This document shows positions 51,591 to 63,084 of a stretch of DNA of 64,000 nucleotides, piece by piece. The position numbers and the translations under genes are program-made. Under the pieces are notes generated by a model, which was not told the DNA's origin, did not search any database, and saw only the letters and a list, made by a program, of their open reading frames with translations. Location of the stretch: positions 10,294,001 to 10,358,000 of the forward strand of contig CM052818.1 in assembly GCA_028534125.1 (NCBI GenBank), read 5' to 3'. Every line of letters starts with the position of its first letter. The stretch's first letter is position 1. The DNA is from Lama glama. Lineage: Eukaryota.

Positions 51591-53544
51591 AGACAAGAGG
51601 GAGTCGTCTCTCCTGTGCTATTACGAGAATTGAGACATGCTCTACCATAATAACTCAGTTCAATCAGTACTAATTGAATGTATTTTATATGTTTAGTGGT
51701 GACTGAAGTGTGTTCCCTAGCCTCAAAGAACATATTGTCTTGTGACAGTCAATTATATAAATAGATGTAGGAAGTTATGCGATAAAGGTATTTTTTTGAC
51801 TTCCTCTCCCAATCAGGATGAAGTAATAGGGACAGGGTTTTACCCTCCCACTCAAACAGCTGTAAAATTGGGCAAAATATATGAAGTAATGGCTTTCAAG
51901 TCATTAGTGATAAGGCAATAAAGGATAGCATCCCTGAAATATGGGAAACAAATGAGATGAATCCTATGATCACTCCAGCTTATGTCTAAAAAGAGTTTCC
52001 ACAGGTACAGGGAAGGAGAACCCAATGGGTCCCAGCAGCTTTTCTGAGTTTAGAGTATATACCTGGAAGTCTGGGGAGGCAAAGAAGCTAGAGTTCACAG
52101 GGTAGAGTAGCAGAATGGAGAGAGCTTCGTAGAGAAAAAGCTCCAGAGAGCTACTGGAGCATCCTATCGCATTGTCAGTTGAGTGATTCTAATAAGTGCA
52201 TGCATGTGAGGAAGCTACAGAAGGCTACAGAAAGGATCACCTGAAAGGACTAATAGAAATATATCTTTGACAATCATAGAAGGGCAGGAATAGTTTCTGT
52301 TTTCATCATGCAGAGTAGAAAACCACAAAAGTCACAAAACACTGAGGAGAATACTCAAAAGAGTTTTGGGTCAGTTTAGTGGAAAAAATTAGGCAAAGGT
52401 TAAATGTTGATCCCACCCAAGGAAACTTTTAAACAAATTAGATCTGAAAGAATCAAACTGTTTCCAAGCAACTTAACTGTATCATAGGAAAAAAAATCTC
52501 AAAATAGTTAAAAAGAATATTAAAAAAAATTCAGTACCCAATAAGGTAAAATTCATAATGTCTAGTAATCTGGTGAAAAAAAAATTATAAGGCATGCAAA
52601 AGGCAGGAAAATATGACCCATAATGAAGAGAAAGATCTATCAATCAAAACCAACTAAAAAATTACACAAATGATAGAATTTATAGATAAGGACCCTAAAA
52701 CAGTTATAACTGCTTTAAATTTATAAATTTAAGAAACTAGCATTACTATTGAGCATGTTAGGTAGAGCCATGGAAGATATATAAACTACAATGTCTGAGA
52801 TGAAAGATATACTTGATAAGATGAACAACAGATTAAACATTGCAGAAGAAAATATCTGTGTACCTGAAGACATGATAAAACTACACAGAGTAAAACCGAG
52901 AAAGGAAAACAGACTGAAAAACAATAATTAAACAGAGTGCCTGTGAACTGTGAGACAACTCCGTGTGGTCTAATGCATGTGTTAAGCATGTGTTTCCTTA
53001 AAAGGAAAGAGAGAGAAGCAGGACAGAAAAAAGAATTTGAAGAAACAATGGGTAGATTTTTCTGTTAGAAGTGAAAAACTTACTGGGAAGTGGAACTATA
53101 TAGTTGTAAGGTAGCTTATATGTGAAGTGATATCATATCACTCACAGGTGGATTGTGGTACGTTAAAGATGAGTAAGGTAAACTCTAAAGAAGCTACTAA
53201 AACAACAACAAATAGTTACAGCTAATAGGCCAAAAAGCAAATAAAATGGAATCATTAAAAATATTCAATTAATCCAAATAAGGTGGGAAAGAAGTATGAG
53301 GAAACAGATGGGACAAATAGAAAACCAAGGGCAGTAGATAGATTAAAATCTAGCCATATCATTAATCACAGTAAATGTAAATGGTCCAAAAAGTCTGATC
53401 AAAAGACAGAAATTGTCAGATTTGATAAAAAATCAAACCCATATCTATATTGTCTGTAAGAAATCCACTTTAAAGACGCAAATAAGTCAAAAGTAATTAT
53501 ATGGAAAAGGTATATTATGCTGATACTAATCAAAAATAAAAAGC

Positions 53545-53706
53545 TCACAGAGAAAAAAATGTGACAATGAATATATATATATGTTCATGTATAACTGAAA
53601 AATTGTGCTCTACACTGGAATTTGACACATTGTAAAATGATTATAAATCAATAAAAAATGTTAAAAAAATTTCTACATGCCAACCAAATGCAAATTTTAG
53701 GAATAA
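53545..53706 (+). mobile_element. Very short 5'-truncated young L1 3' tail plus ~37 bp of extra sequence
   Basis: Nearly identical to the L1 tail at ~54975-55100; perfect 13-bp TSD aaaaataaaaagc at 53532-53544 and 53707-53719. Confidence 0.85.
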
Positions 53707-53781
53707 AAAAATAAAAAGCAAGAGTGGCTATTTTATTTATTTATCAATTTTTAAAAAATTCTTAAAAATATATTATTTTTC

Positions 53782-55114
53782 TTATTAAGTCATATTAGCT
53801 ACTTATATATTATGGAAATAAAGCCTTTGTCGGTTTCACCATTTGCAAAAATGTTCTCCCATTCCGTAGGTTATCGTTTTGTTTTACTTATGGTTTCCTT
53901 TGCTGTGCAGAAGCCTGTAAGTTTAATTAGGTGCCATTTGTTTATTCTTGGTTTTATTTCTATTGCTTGGGTAGACTGCCCTAGGAGAACGTTTTTGAGA
54001 TGTATGTGAGATAATGTTTGCCTATATTTTCTTCTAGGAGGTTTCTTGTCTTATGTTTAAGTCTTTGATCCATTTTCAGTTTATTTTTGTGTAATGTGTA
54101 AGAGAGTGTTCTAGCTTCATATGACTTAATAAGAAAAAAAAAAGAACCCAATCCAAAAATGGGCAGAAGATCTAAATAAGCAATTCTCTAAGGAAGAAAT
54201 ACAGATGATCAATAGGCACATGAAAAAATGCTTAATATCACTAATTATCAGAGAAATGCAAATCAAAACTACAATGAGGTATTACCTCATACCAGTCAGA
54301 ATGGCCATCATTCAACAGTCCACAAATGACAAATGCTGGAGAGGCTGTGGAGAAAAAGGAACACTCCTACACTGCTGGTGGGAATGCAGTTTGGTGCAGC
54401 CACTGTGGAAAACAGTATGAAGATTCCTCAAAAGACTAGGAATAGACTTAACCATATGACCCAGTAATCCTGCTCCTGGGCATATATCCAGAAGGAACCC
54501 TACTTCAAAAAGACGCCTGTACCCCAGTGTTCATAGCAGCACTACTTACAATAGCCAACACGTGGAAACAGACTAAATATCCATCAACAAATGACTGTAT
54601 CAAGAAGATGTGGTATATTTATACAATGGAATACTATACAGCCATAAAAACCGACAACATAATGCCATTTGCAGCAACATGGATGTCCCTAGAGAATGTC
54701 ATTCTAAGTGAAGTAAGCCAGAAAGAGAAAGAAAAATACCATATGAGATCACTCATATGTGGAATCTAAAAAAACCCCAAAAACCCCCCAAAACCCCCAT
54801 AAATACGAACAATCTCATAGACATAGACTACAAACTTGTGGTTGCCAAGGGGGAGGCGGGTGGGAAGGGATAGACTGGGAGTTCAAAATTTGTAGATACT
54901 GACAGGCATGTGTAGAATAGATAAACAAGATTATACTGTATAGCACAGGGAAATATATGCAAGATCTTGTGGTAGCTCACAGTGAAAAAAAATGTGACTA
55001 TGAAAATATGTATGTTCATATATAACTGAAAAATTATGCTCTACACTGGAATTTGACACAACATTGTAAAATGACTATAACTCAATAAAAAACGTTAAAA
55101 GAAACGAAGAAAAA
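53782..55114 (+). mobile_element. Young lineage-specific L1, 5'-inverted (antisense 53782-54118, sense 54119-55114)
   Basis: TSD atattatttttc at 53770-53781 and 55115-55126; ORF2 C-terminal peptides [18 protein letters not shown] and KMWYIYTMEYY; A-rich tail. Confidence 0.92.
54205..54769 (+). pseudogene. Disrupted L1 ORF2 C-terminal cysteine-rich region
   Basis: ORFs 54205-54420 and 54527-54769 translate to the canonical L1 ORF2 C-terminus, broken by a stop/frameshift. Confidence 0.9.
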
Positions 55115-56050
55115 ATATTATTTTTCATTAGTTAATATATTTACATAATACAAATTCAAAAGGCACAAAAAGATATTCAATGAATATTAAGCTCCCTTCT
55201 ATCCCTGTTCCCTGGCTATTCTTTCCCCCCTTTCGGAAACAACCACAGTTACACTCTGTGTGTCCTTCCAGAGATATTGTTTGTATATGCAGACATTTCA
55301 CCCACTTCAAACTTTGATGTACCTGGGACACTGTTCTTAGAGCCAATTTGAGCTCTACCAACTATGAGATCCAGGGTGAGGGGCTGAACGCCTCTGGCTT
55401 ACAGTTTCTTCATCACAAGGAATCTGGACTAGAACTAGATGTTCGATATGATCTTTCTAACTTTAGCACTGGGTTCTCCTCCAGGAGAGGATGTTTTAAT
55501 ATCAGACAAAGTAGGTTTCTGAAGAAAGAATATTACTGAGAATAAAGCATGTCATTTCATACTGATAAAAATGCCAATTCTTCACTGTCACAATTCTAAA
55601 CATATGAGAAGCAAAAACTGAGAGAACTGTAAGAACAAACAGATTCACAATTATAGTCAGAAATTTCAAAACCTGTCCCCCAGTACTTCATGGAACAAAT
55701 GGACAGAGAAATCAGTAAGGATAGAGAAGAATTAGATCACACTATAAACCAGCTTGTTCTAATTGACATTTATAGGTCACACAACCCCACAATCACAGAA
55801 TACACATTCTTTTTAAGTTCACATGGAATATGTTTTACCCACATAGGCCATATTCTGGGCCATAAAACAAGCCTCAATGAATTTAATAGGATTCAAATCA
55901 AAGTATGTTCTCTGCCTATAAGGGAAGTAAATTAGAACTAAATAAAATAATGTTATTTTGAAAATCCCCAAATATTTGAAAATTAAATAGTACTTAGAAA
56001 AGTACCCAATGGGCCAAAGCAGTAATCAAAATGGAAATTAAATATATTTT

Positions 56051-57562
56051 TTTTATTGAAGTATAGTCAGTTTACAATGTTGTGTTAATTCCTGGTGTGG
56101 AACATAATGTTTCAGTCATACTTACACATACATATATTCCTTTTCATATTCTTTTTCATTATAGGTTACTACAAGATACTGAATGTACTTCCCTGTGCTA
56201 TACAGTATAAACTTGTTGTTTATTTTGTATATAGTAATTCATATCTGCAAATCTTGAACTCTCAGTTTATCCCTTCCCACCCCTTTCCCCGCTGGTAACC
56301 ATAAGTTTGTTTTCTATGTCTGAATCTGTTTCTGTTTTGTAAATAATTTCCTTTGTGTCTTTTTTTTTTTTTTGGACTCCATGTATAAGTGATATCATAT
56401 GATATTTTTCTTTCTCTTTCTGGCTTACTTCACTTAGAATGATGATCTCCAGTTACATCCATATTACTGCAAATAGCATTATTTTATTCTTTTTATGGCT
56501 AAATAGTATTCTGTTGTTAAATATACATACCACAACTTCTTTATCCAGTTGTCTGTCAATGGACATTTAGGTTGTTTCCATGTCTTAGCTATTGTAAATA
56601 GTGCTGCTATGAACATTGGGGTGCATGTATCTAGTGATGCTGTTAACATTGGGGTGCATGTATCTTTTCAAATTAGAGTTCTCTCTGGATGTATGCCTAG
56701 GAGTGGGATTGCTGGATCATATGGTAAGTCTATTTTTAGCTTTTTTAGGAATCTCCTTCTGTTTTCCATAATGACTGCAGCAATCTACATTCGCATCAAC
56801 AGTGTAGGAGGGTTCCTTTTTCTCCATACCCTCTACAGCGTTTATCATTTGTGGACTTTTGAATGATGGCCATTCTGACTGGTGTAAGGTAATACCTCAT
56901 TGTAGTTTTGATTTTCATTTCTCTGATAATTAGTGATACTGAGCATTTTTTTACGTGCCTATTGACCATTTGTATGTCTTCATTGGAGAATTGCTTGTTT
57001 AGGTCTTCTGCCCATTTTTGGATTGTATTGTTTGTTTTTTGCTATTAAGTTGTGTGAGCTGTTTATATATTCTGGAAATTAAGCCCTTGTCAGTCATATC
57101 ATTTACAAATATTTTCTCCCATTCCATAGGTTGTCGTTTAGTTTTACTTACAGTTTCTTTTGCTGTGCAAAAGCTTATGTCTAATTAGGTCACATTTGTT
57201 ATTTTTGCTTTTATTTCTATTGCCTGGGTAGACTGCGCTAGGAGAACATTGCTAAGATATGACAGAAAATGTTTTGCCTGTTTTCTTCTAGAAGGTTTAT
57301 AGTGTCTTGTCTAATATTTAAGTCTTTAAGCCATTTTGAGTTTATTTTTGTATATGGTGTGAGGGAGAGTTCTAATTTCATTGATTTATGTGTGGCTGTC
57401 CGGTTTTTCCAACACCACTTGCTGAAGAGACTGTCTTTTCTCCATTGTATATTCTTGCCTCCTTTGTTGAAGATTAATTGACCTTAAGTCTGTGGGTTTA
57501 TTTCTGAGCTCTTGTTCTGTACCATTGATCCGTATATGTGTTTTTGTGCCAATACCACTCTG
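56051..57562 (-). mobile_element. Young 5'-truncated L1 (~1.5 kb), antisense, different 3' UTR subfamily
   Basis: Poly(T) then ttattgaagtatagtcagtttacaatg; antisense ORF2; TSD aaatatatttt (56040-56050) / aaatgtatttt (57565-57575). Confidence 0.92.
56599..56664. repeat. 33-bp tandem duplication inside L1
   Basis: tagtgctgctatgaacattggggtgcatgtatc then tagtgatgctgttaacattggggtgcatgtatc (3 mismatches). Confidence 0.9.
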
Positions 57563-59016
57563 TAAAATGTATTTTGAACTGAGCAAAAATGAAAAACTAT
57601 ACATCACAATTTGTGAGAAGCAGCTAACATAGTCTTAAAAGGGAACCTGTAGTATTAAATGCCTATATTAGAAAAGAAAAAAAAGATTACAAACCAATGA
57701 CCTCATCTTCCACCTTGACAACTTAAAAAGAGAATGGACAAGTGAAATGCAAAATAAGGAGAAGAAAGGAGTATTAAACATCATAATGAAAATCAATTTA
57801 AAAGATAACAGAAAAATAATACAGAAAAATCAATGAAATCAAAAGCTGATTCTTTGAGAAGATCGGTAAGATTGATAAATCTCTTGTAAGACTGACTAGG
57901 GGGAAAAGAGAGAAGACACGAATAACCAGTATCTGGAATGAGAGAGGTAATATCACTATGGATTTTACAGATATTTAAAGGGTAATAGAGGAGAACTTTA
58001 TGCCAATATATTCTGCAACTTATATTAAAAGAACAAATTTCTTGAAAGATACAAACTACCAAAGATCATTCAAGAAGAAGTAGATAACCTTAATAATCCT
58101 ATATAAAAGAAATTGAATTTATAGTTTAAAGCCTTCTAATGAAGAAAATCAGGGCTGGAGGGCTTCATGAAGAAATTCTACTGAACACTTAAGGGAAAAA
58201 ATAATAGGAACTATATACAAACTTTTCTGGAAAATTGAAGAGAAGAAAATACTCTTCAACTCAGTCTATGAGACAGCATGACAGTGATACAATAACCAGA
58301 CAAAGACATTGTAAGAAAATAAAACTATAGACAAGTGTTCTTCATGATTATAGGTACAAAATTCTTATCAAAGTTTTAGCAGTCAAATCCAATCATGCAT
58401 AAAAGGATAATATATCATGACCAAGCAGTGTTTATCTCAGGAATGCAATGTTGAATTAACATTCTAAAGTTAAGCAATTGAATTCACCAGTCAGTTTAAA
58501 TATAAAAAATTTTTAATGATATGATGATCATCTCAATAGTTACAAAACAGAACAAATCCAAAATATTTTGACAAAATTCAACTCCATTTCTGATATAAGC
58601 ACCCAGTAAACCAAGAATGTAAGTAAACTTCCTGACAATAATGGGAATCTGTGAAAACCTACAGCTAACATCATATTTAAGGGTAACAGACTGAATGCTT
58701 TTCCCTAAGCTCAAGAACTAGACAAAGATTTCTATCATATATTAACATTTTTTGGAGGGTCTAGGCAGTACACTATGGTAAGAAAAAGAAAAAAGACCTC
58801 CAAAGAAGACAGGAAGAAGTAAAACTATATTTGTGCATGGCATAACTTCCTGTGTAGAAAAATCCCATAAAACTACAGAAAAGCTACCAGAACTAATAAA
58901 TGAATTTACCAAAGCTTTAGGATAAAAGATGAATATACACAATTCAATTACATTTCTCTATACTAGCAACAAATCATGAGGAATTGAAGTAAAAAATTAT
59001 AATAGCATTAAAAATA

Positions 59017-59076
59017 TGAAATACTATGGATGTATATGATAAAAGTTGAAATACTATGGATGTATATGATAAAAGT
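59017..59076. repeat. Perfect 30-bp tandem duplication inside old L1M
   Basis: tgaaatactatggatgtatatgataaaagt x2. Confidence 0.95.
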
Positions 59077-60969
59077 TGTGCAAGACCTGTACTCTAAAAG
59101 CTACAAAACAATGCTAAGAGAAGTTAAGAAAGAAATTAAGGAGGACACAAGTAACTGGAGAGATGTCCCATGATTATGGATCAAAAGATTCAGTACTGTT
59201 AAGATTCTTTTTCAGTGATCTATCTATAAGTCCAATCAAAATCCTAATGGACCTTTCATTTGGGGGGGCTGGAAATTGACAAGCTGATTCTCAAGTTTAT
59301 ATAGAAATGCAGATTAGCTAGAATACTCCCCAAAAAAACCTTGAAAAAGAAGAACAATGTTGGAAGATTTATTATAAAGCTACAATAATCAAGATAGTGT
59401 GGTACTGTCATAAAGATAAACGGGTAGGTCATTGGAACAGAATAGAGTTGAGAAACACACACACATGTCAATTGAATTTTTTTTTTTTTTGACGAAGATT
59501 CAAAGACAATCCAGTAGGAAGAGAATATTCTTTTCTATAAATATGCTGGGACAATTGTATATCCATATGAAAAAACAAAGACAAAAAGAATTTCAGCCCA
59601 CACTTTACACTATATACAAAAATTAGCTCAAAATGGGTCATAGACCTAAATATAAGACCTCGTTACAAGAAAACCTAGAAGAAAGCATAGCAGGACATCT
59701 TTTGACCTAGGATTAGGCAAGGATTTCTTAGATATGACTAACGTGAATCAAAAGCATGATTCATGAAAGAAAAAAATTGACAAATTGGATTTAATAAAAA
59801 TTAAGAATGTCTGCTCTTCAAAAGTCACTCTTAAGGATAATGAAAAGACAAATTACAGATAGGGAGAAAATATTTGTAAATCAGACATCTGATAAAGAAC
59901 TTGGATCCAGAATATTTAAAGAACCTCATTCATCTATATGAAAATAACCCTTCTCCCCTTGGGTAAAAGATTTAAATAGACATTTTACCAAATATATATA
60001 TTAAGTCCATCTTACTGGTCAACATTGTTAGTTACAAAGGAGATGCAAATTAAAACTACAATGAGTTACCATTGTATATCTAAAAGAACATCTAAAATAA
60101 AAGTTTTAGATCATATTGAGTGTTGGCATGATAGGTAGCAGCTGGAACTCTCATACAGTGCTGATAGAAATGTAAAATGATAAAACAGGTTTGAAAACAG
60201 TTTGGCAATTTCTTGAAATATTAAACATACATCTACCAGTTGATCCATCCATTCTACTTCTAGGTATTTATCCAAGAGAAATGAAAGCATGTGCTCATGT
60301 AAAGACTTGTCAAAGAATGTTCATAGCATCTCTTTTTGTTTTGTAATTGCCAAAAAATCTAAATGACTAAAATGTCCATCAGTAGTTGAATGGATAAATA
60401 AATTGTGGTATATCCATACAATGGACTATTACTCAGGAATAAAAATAAACTGTTGATACCTGCAATGTGGATGAATCTCAAAATAATTACTCTGAGAGGA
60501 CATACTGTATGATTCCATTTATAAAAAATTATAGAAATTTCAAACTAATCTATACTGATAGAAAGAAGATCAGTGTTTACCTAGGAATGAGATGAAGGTG
60601 GGGAGAGGTAGGAGAGTGGGATTATCAAGGGGCATGAGAACACTATCTTGATTGTTGTGATGGTTTCATGAGTGTATATGTCAACATTTATACACTTTAA
60701 ACATGTAGAGTTTATTGTATGTCAGTTATACTTCAATAAAGCTGTTAAGAAACAACAGAAATATATTAAAGCAGCTTATATTTCTTAACGAAATAAATTG
60801 TATATCCAGAATCAAATAGTCATATATTTGTAAATTAAAATTGACACTCATTCAAATAAGAGGGATGCTCAGGGTTCTGTGGGGGTCTAGAAAAATCTCA
60901 GCATATAACTGACAGTCTATCCTTACATTATATCATGCTGATAATTAGACAGGCAAGAATGTGTTTGCT

Positions 60970-61108
60970 ATAGGAAGTCCCTACCAAACTCAAAGACGTT
61001 CTGATTCTGATGGTCTGGATTGGATGAGACAAGGAATCTGCATTTTTCATGAGCCCTTTAGGTGATTAAGATGCAGATGAGTCATGGGCCACACTAGAGA
61101 GATATTGG
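60970..61108. mobile_element. MER5B-like hAT-Charlie MITE
   Basis: ttctgattc...ggtctgg...ggaatctgcattttt...aggtgatt..gatgcag...ccacactagagagatattgg. Confidence 0.65.
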
Positions 61109-61569
61109 TAAAAATCTCAACAATAGCAAAATGTCCTGCCTCTCTCTTCAAACTTGGCTTGTATTTGGTTCTCTTGGTTGAGGTCCACCTGGCTTAATCC
61201 TGTAGTATCTTCTTACTGGGTGAGACCTAGCTGCCCACCTTTGGACAAAAAAAATCAATGCTTAGAAATACAGTTACAACATCAGGTCTGGGAATAACCC
61301 CAGCAGTGTAATTATAGTCATAAAACAACCTCTTAGTCACGTAGCCCTGGCCATCCCCAAGGAACATCCATCCCTCTTGGACCATTTCAGACAAGTGAAG
61401 GCTGGGCTTTTGGAGCCCCAGGGCAGGGAGGCTCTCAGGCCTTGCTTACTTACTGGCTCTGGTGCCAGCGACTCTTAGCCAGTTCTTTGAGTTTCACATA
61501 CTTCCTCCTGCAGTTGCCCTTGAGGGCTGTGACTTTTGCAAGTTGCTTGATAGGTCAAGTCACTCTTCT

Positions 61570-62038
61570 ATTTAAAATCTTTCGGAAACTTTCCATGGCT
61601 GGTAGGATAAAAGCCAAACTCCTGACCTTGGTCTACAGCCTCTGCCTGATCTCCACCCTGACTGCGCCTCCTACCAAGCACCAGTCAACCCTGGACTTGG
61701 CTCCTGGTACTTAAAAACACCAAGAAGTCCTTTCCTACCTCAGGCTTCTCATGTGCACTTCCCTCTTCCTAAAAACTTCCTTTGGCTGCTATATGGCTGG
61801 TTCCTCTCATGCTTTACACTTAATCAAGATGTCACCTCCTATGGGAGACCTGCCCTGACCACCCTCTCTGGAGATGGCACTCTTCTCTCCCCAGTTATTC
61901 TTTGTCCCATTTCTTATCACAGGTTGTATGTATTTTATTCAACTTTTTATGTTTTCTCCACTAGAATGTAAGCTCTATTAAGGTAGAGTGATGTCTGCTT
62001 TGCTCACTGTGCATCATCATTATTGGTTGAATAATGAA
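61570..62038 (+). mobile_element. L2 LINE 3' region (L2a-like)
   Basis: aggataaaagccaaactcctgaccttggtctac...atgtcacctcct...cctgccctgaccacc...ccactagaatgtaagctc...gttgaataatgaa. Confidence 0.85.
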
Positions 62039-63084
62039 TTACTTCAAGATCCCCCAGTTTTTACAAATACTGTATTAATGGGCTAGATAGAGTTTTTTCC
62101 AGCTGAAGGTCTTGGGCACCAGTATTTTCAACACTGTTACTGAAATCTCTCTGTTTATTGAGTGACAACTCCCCTGCTCCCCAATGCCCTCTCCCAGAAA
62201 AGGAACTGCTTTTAAGCACAACAGAAAAGAGCAAAGCATTCAGGGCAGATAGAGGATAGCAGATGTACATTTGCTACCAAACAGTCTTCCTTGTTGTGTT
62301 CACTCAGGAGTCAATTCCCATTGCAGAAAAATGGTTCAGAAATGGATTTCAGGGTTTAGTTGAGTTCTGTCCTGGCCTTAGTCTTCTCTGGTCTTATTTT
62401 TGATAGGACCCCAAGCAGGACTGGGCTCCTGGCAGTCTGGCTGGGGTGGGTCATGGCTAGATGACCTATGACTTACTGGCTTTTCCAAGAAGACAGGAAA
62501 TGAGTGATTGTTCCTGCGTTTGGAGAGCACCATTTTTGTGTGCAAGTTCTGAAGCCTGAAAGGTGGGTCATGGGCATGAATTTTTCTCCTTTAATTACTG
62601 AGTTTGATGTTTGAAATTAATGAAGGCAGAAGCCTAATGGCAGGTGTCACTACGTTCCACAGGAAGTTCTGATCCTGGGTGGTGAAAAGCTGAGCTTCCT
62701 TGAAGGAGATGGGCTTCCTTTATGAAATCTCTTGGACTCTATACCTTTTCTCTCAAAACATTTCAATTTACTTCCATTTGTTTTTGCTCTATGTTTTATT
62801 TGTTGTTGTTTTTGTTGTTCCTTCTCCTTTCTCTCTTCAATTCCGTTTTTCCTAGATTTTTCCGCCTTCATATCTAGCTCTCTTTTTTAGTTTCTCTGTC
62901 TCTGTCTCTTTCCTCTCTGTCTCCATGACTCACTTCATGTCCTTTTCATCTTTCTTCCCCTTCTTCCTTCCCTTGTCTTAATTTAAGATGATCCTTGAAG
63001 CCAAGAACATTCTTTTTCTCATCACTTTGAACCTAGTTCAATGGTAACTGACTATATTAATGCCTACATGTATCTATTTGAAAT

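Larger units (their letters stand above)
53735..55481 (-). pseudogene. Antisense retrocopy of a chimeric RNA (L1ME 3' end + MIR fragment), itself interrupted by a young L1
   Basis: Degenerate 16-bp TSD caagagtggctatttt (53719-53734) / caggagaggatgtttt (55482-55497); T-rich tail at left; splits the host ORF2 motif AGVAI|LISDK. Confidence 0.55.
51798..60752 (+). mobile_element. Near-full-length ancient L1M (5' UTR, partial ORF1, decayed ORF2, 3' UTR) interrupted by four later insertions
   Basis: L1M 5' end gacttcc...ttaccctccc...aaaatatatgaa; EN-domain peptide IDIYRSHNPTITEYTFF..HILGHKTSL (ORF 55690-55935); colinear RT-region sequence 57.6-60.4 kb; 3' end tgtatgtcagttatacttcAATAAAgctgtt. Confidence 0.85.

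Noticed and set aside
1..51700. Numerous 60-140 aa ORFs
   Set aside because: No recognisable protein motifs, many non-ATG starts and overlap on both strands; consistent with chance in mammalian non-coding DNA.
55690..55935. ORF with endonuclease-like peptide
   Set aside because: A decayed L1 ORF2 EN fragment within the old L1M, not a host gene.
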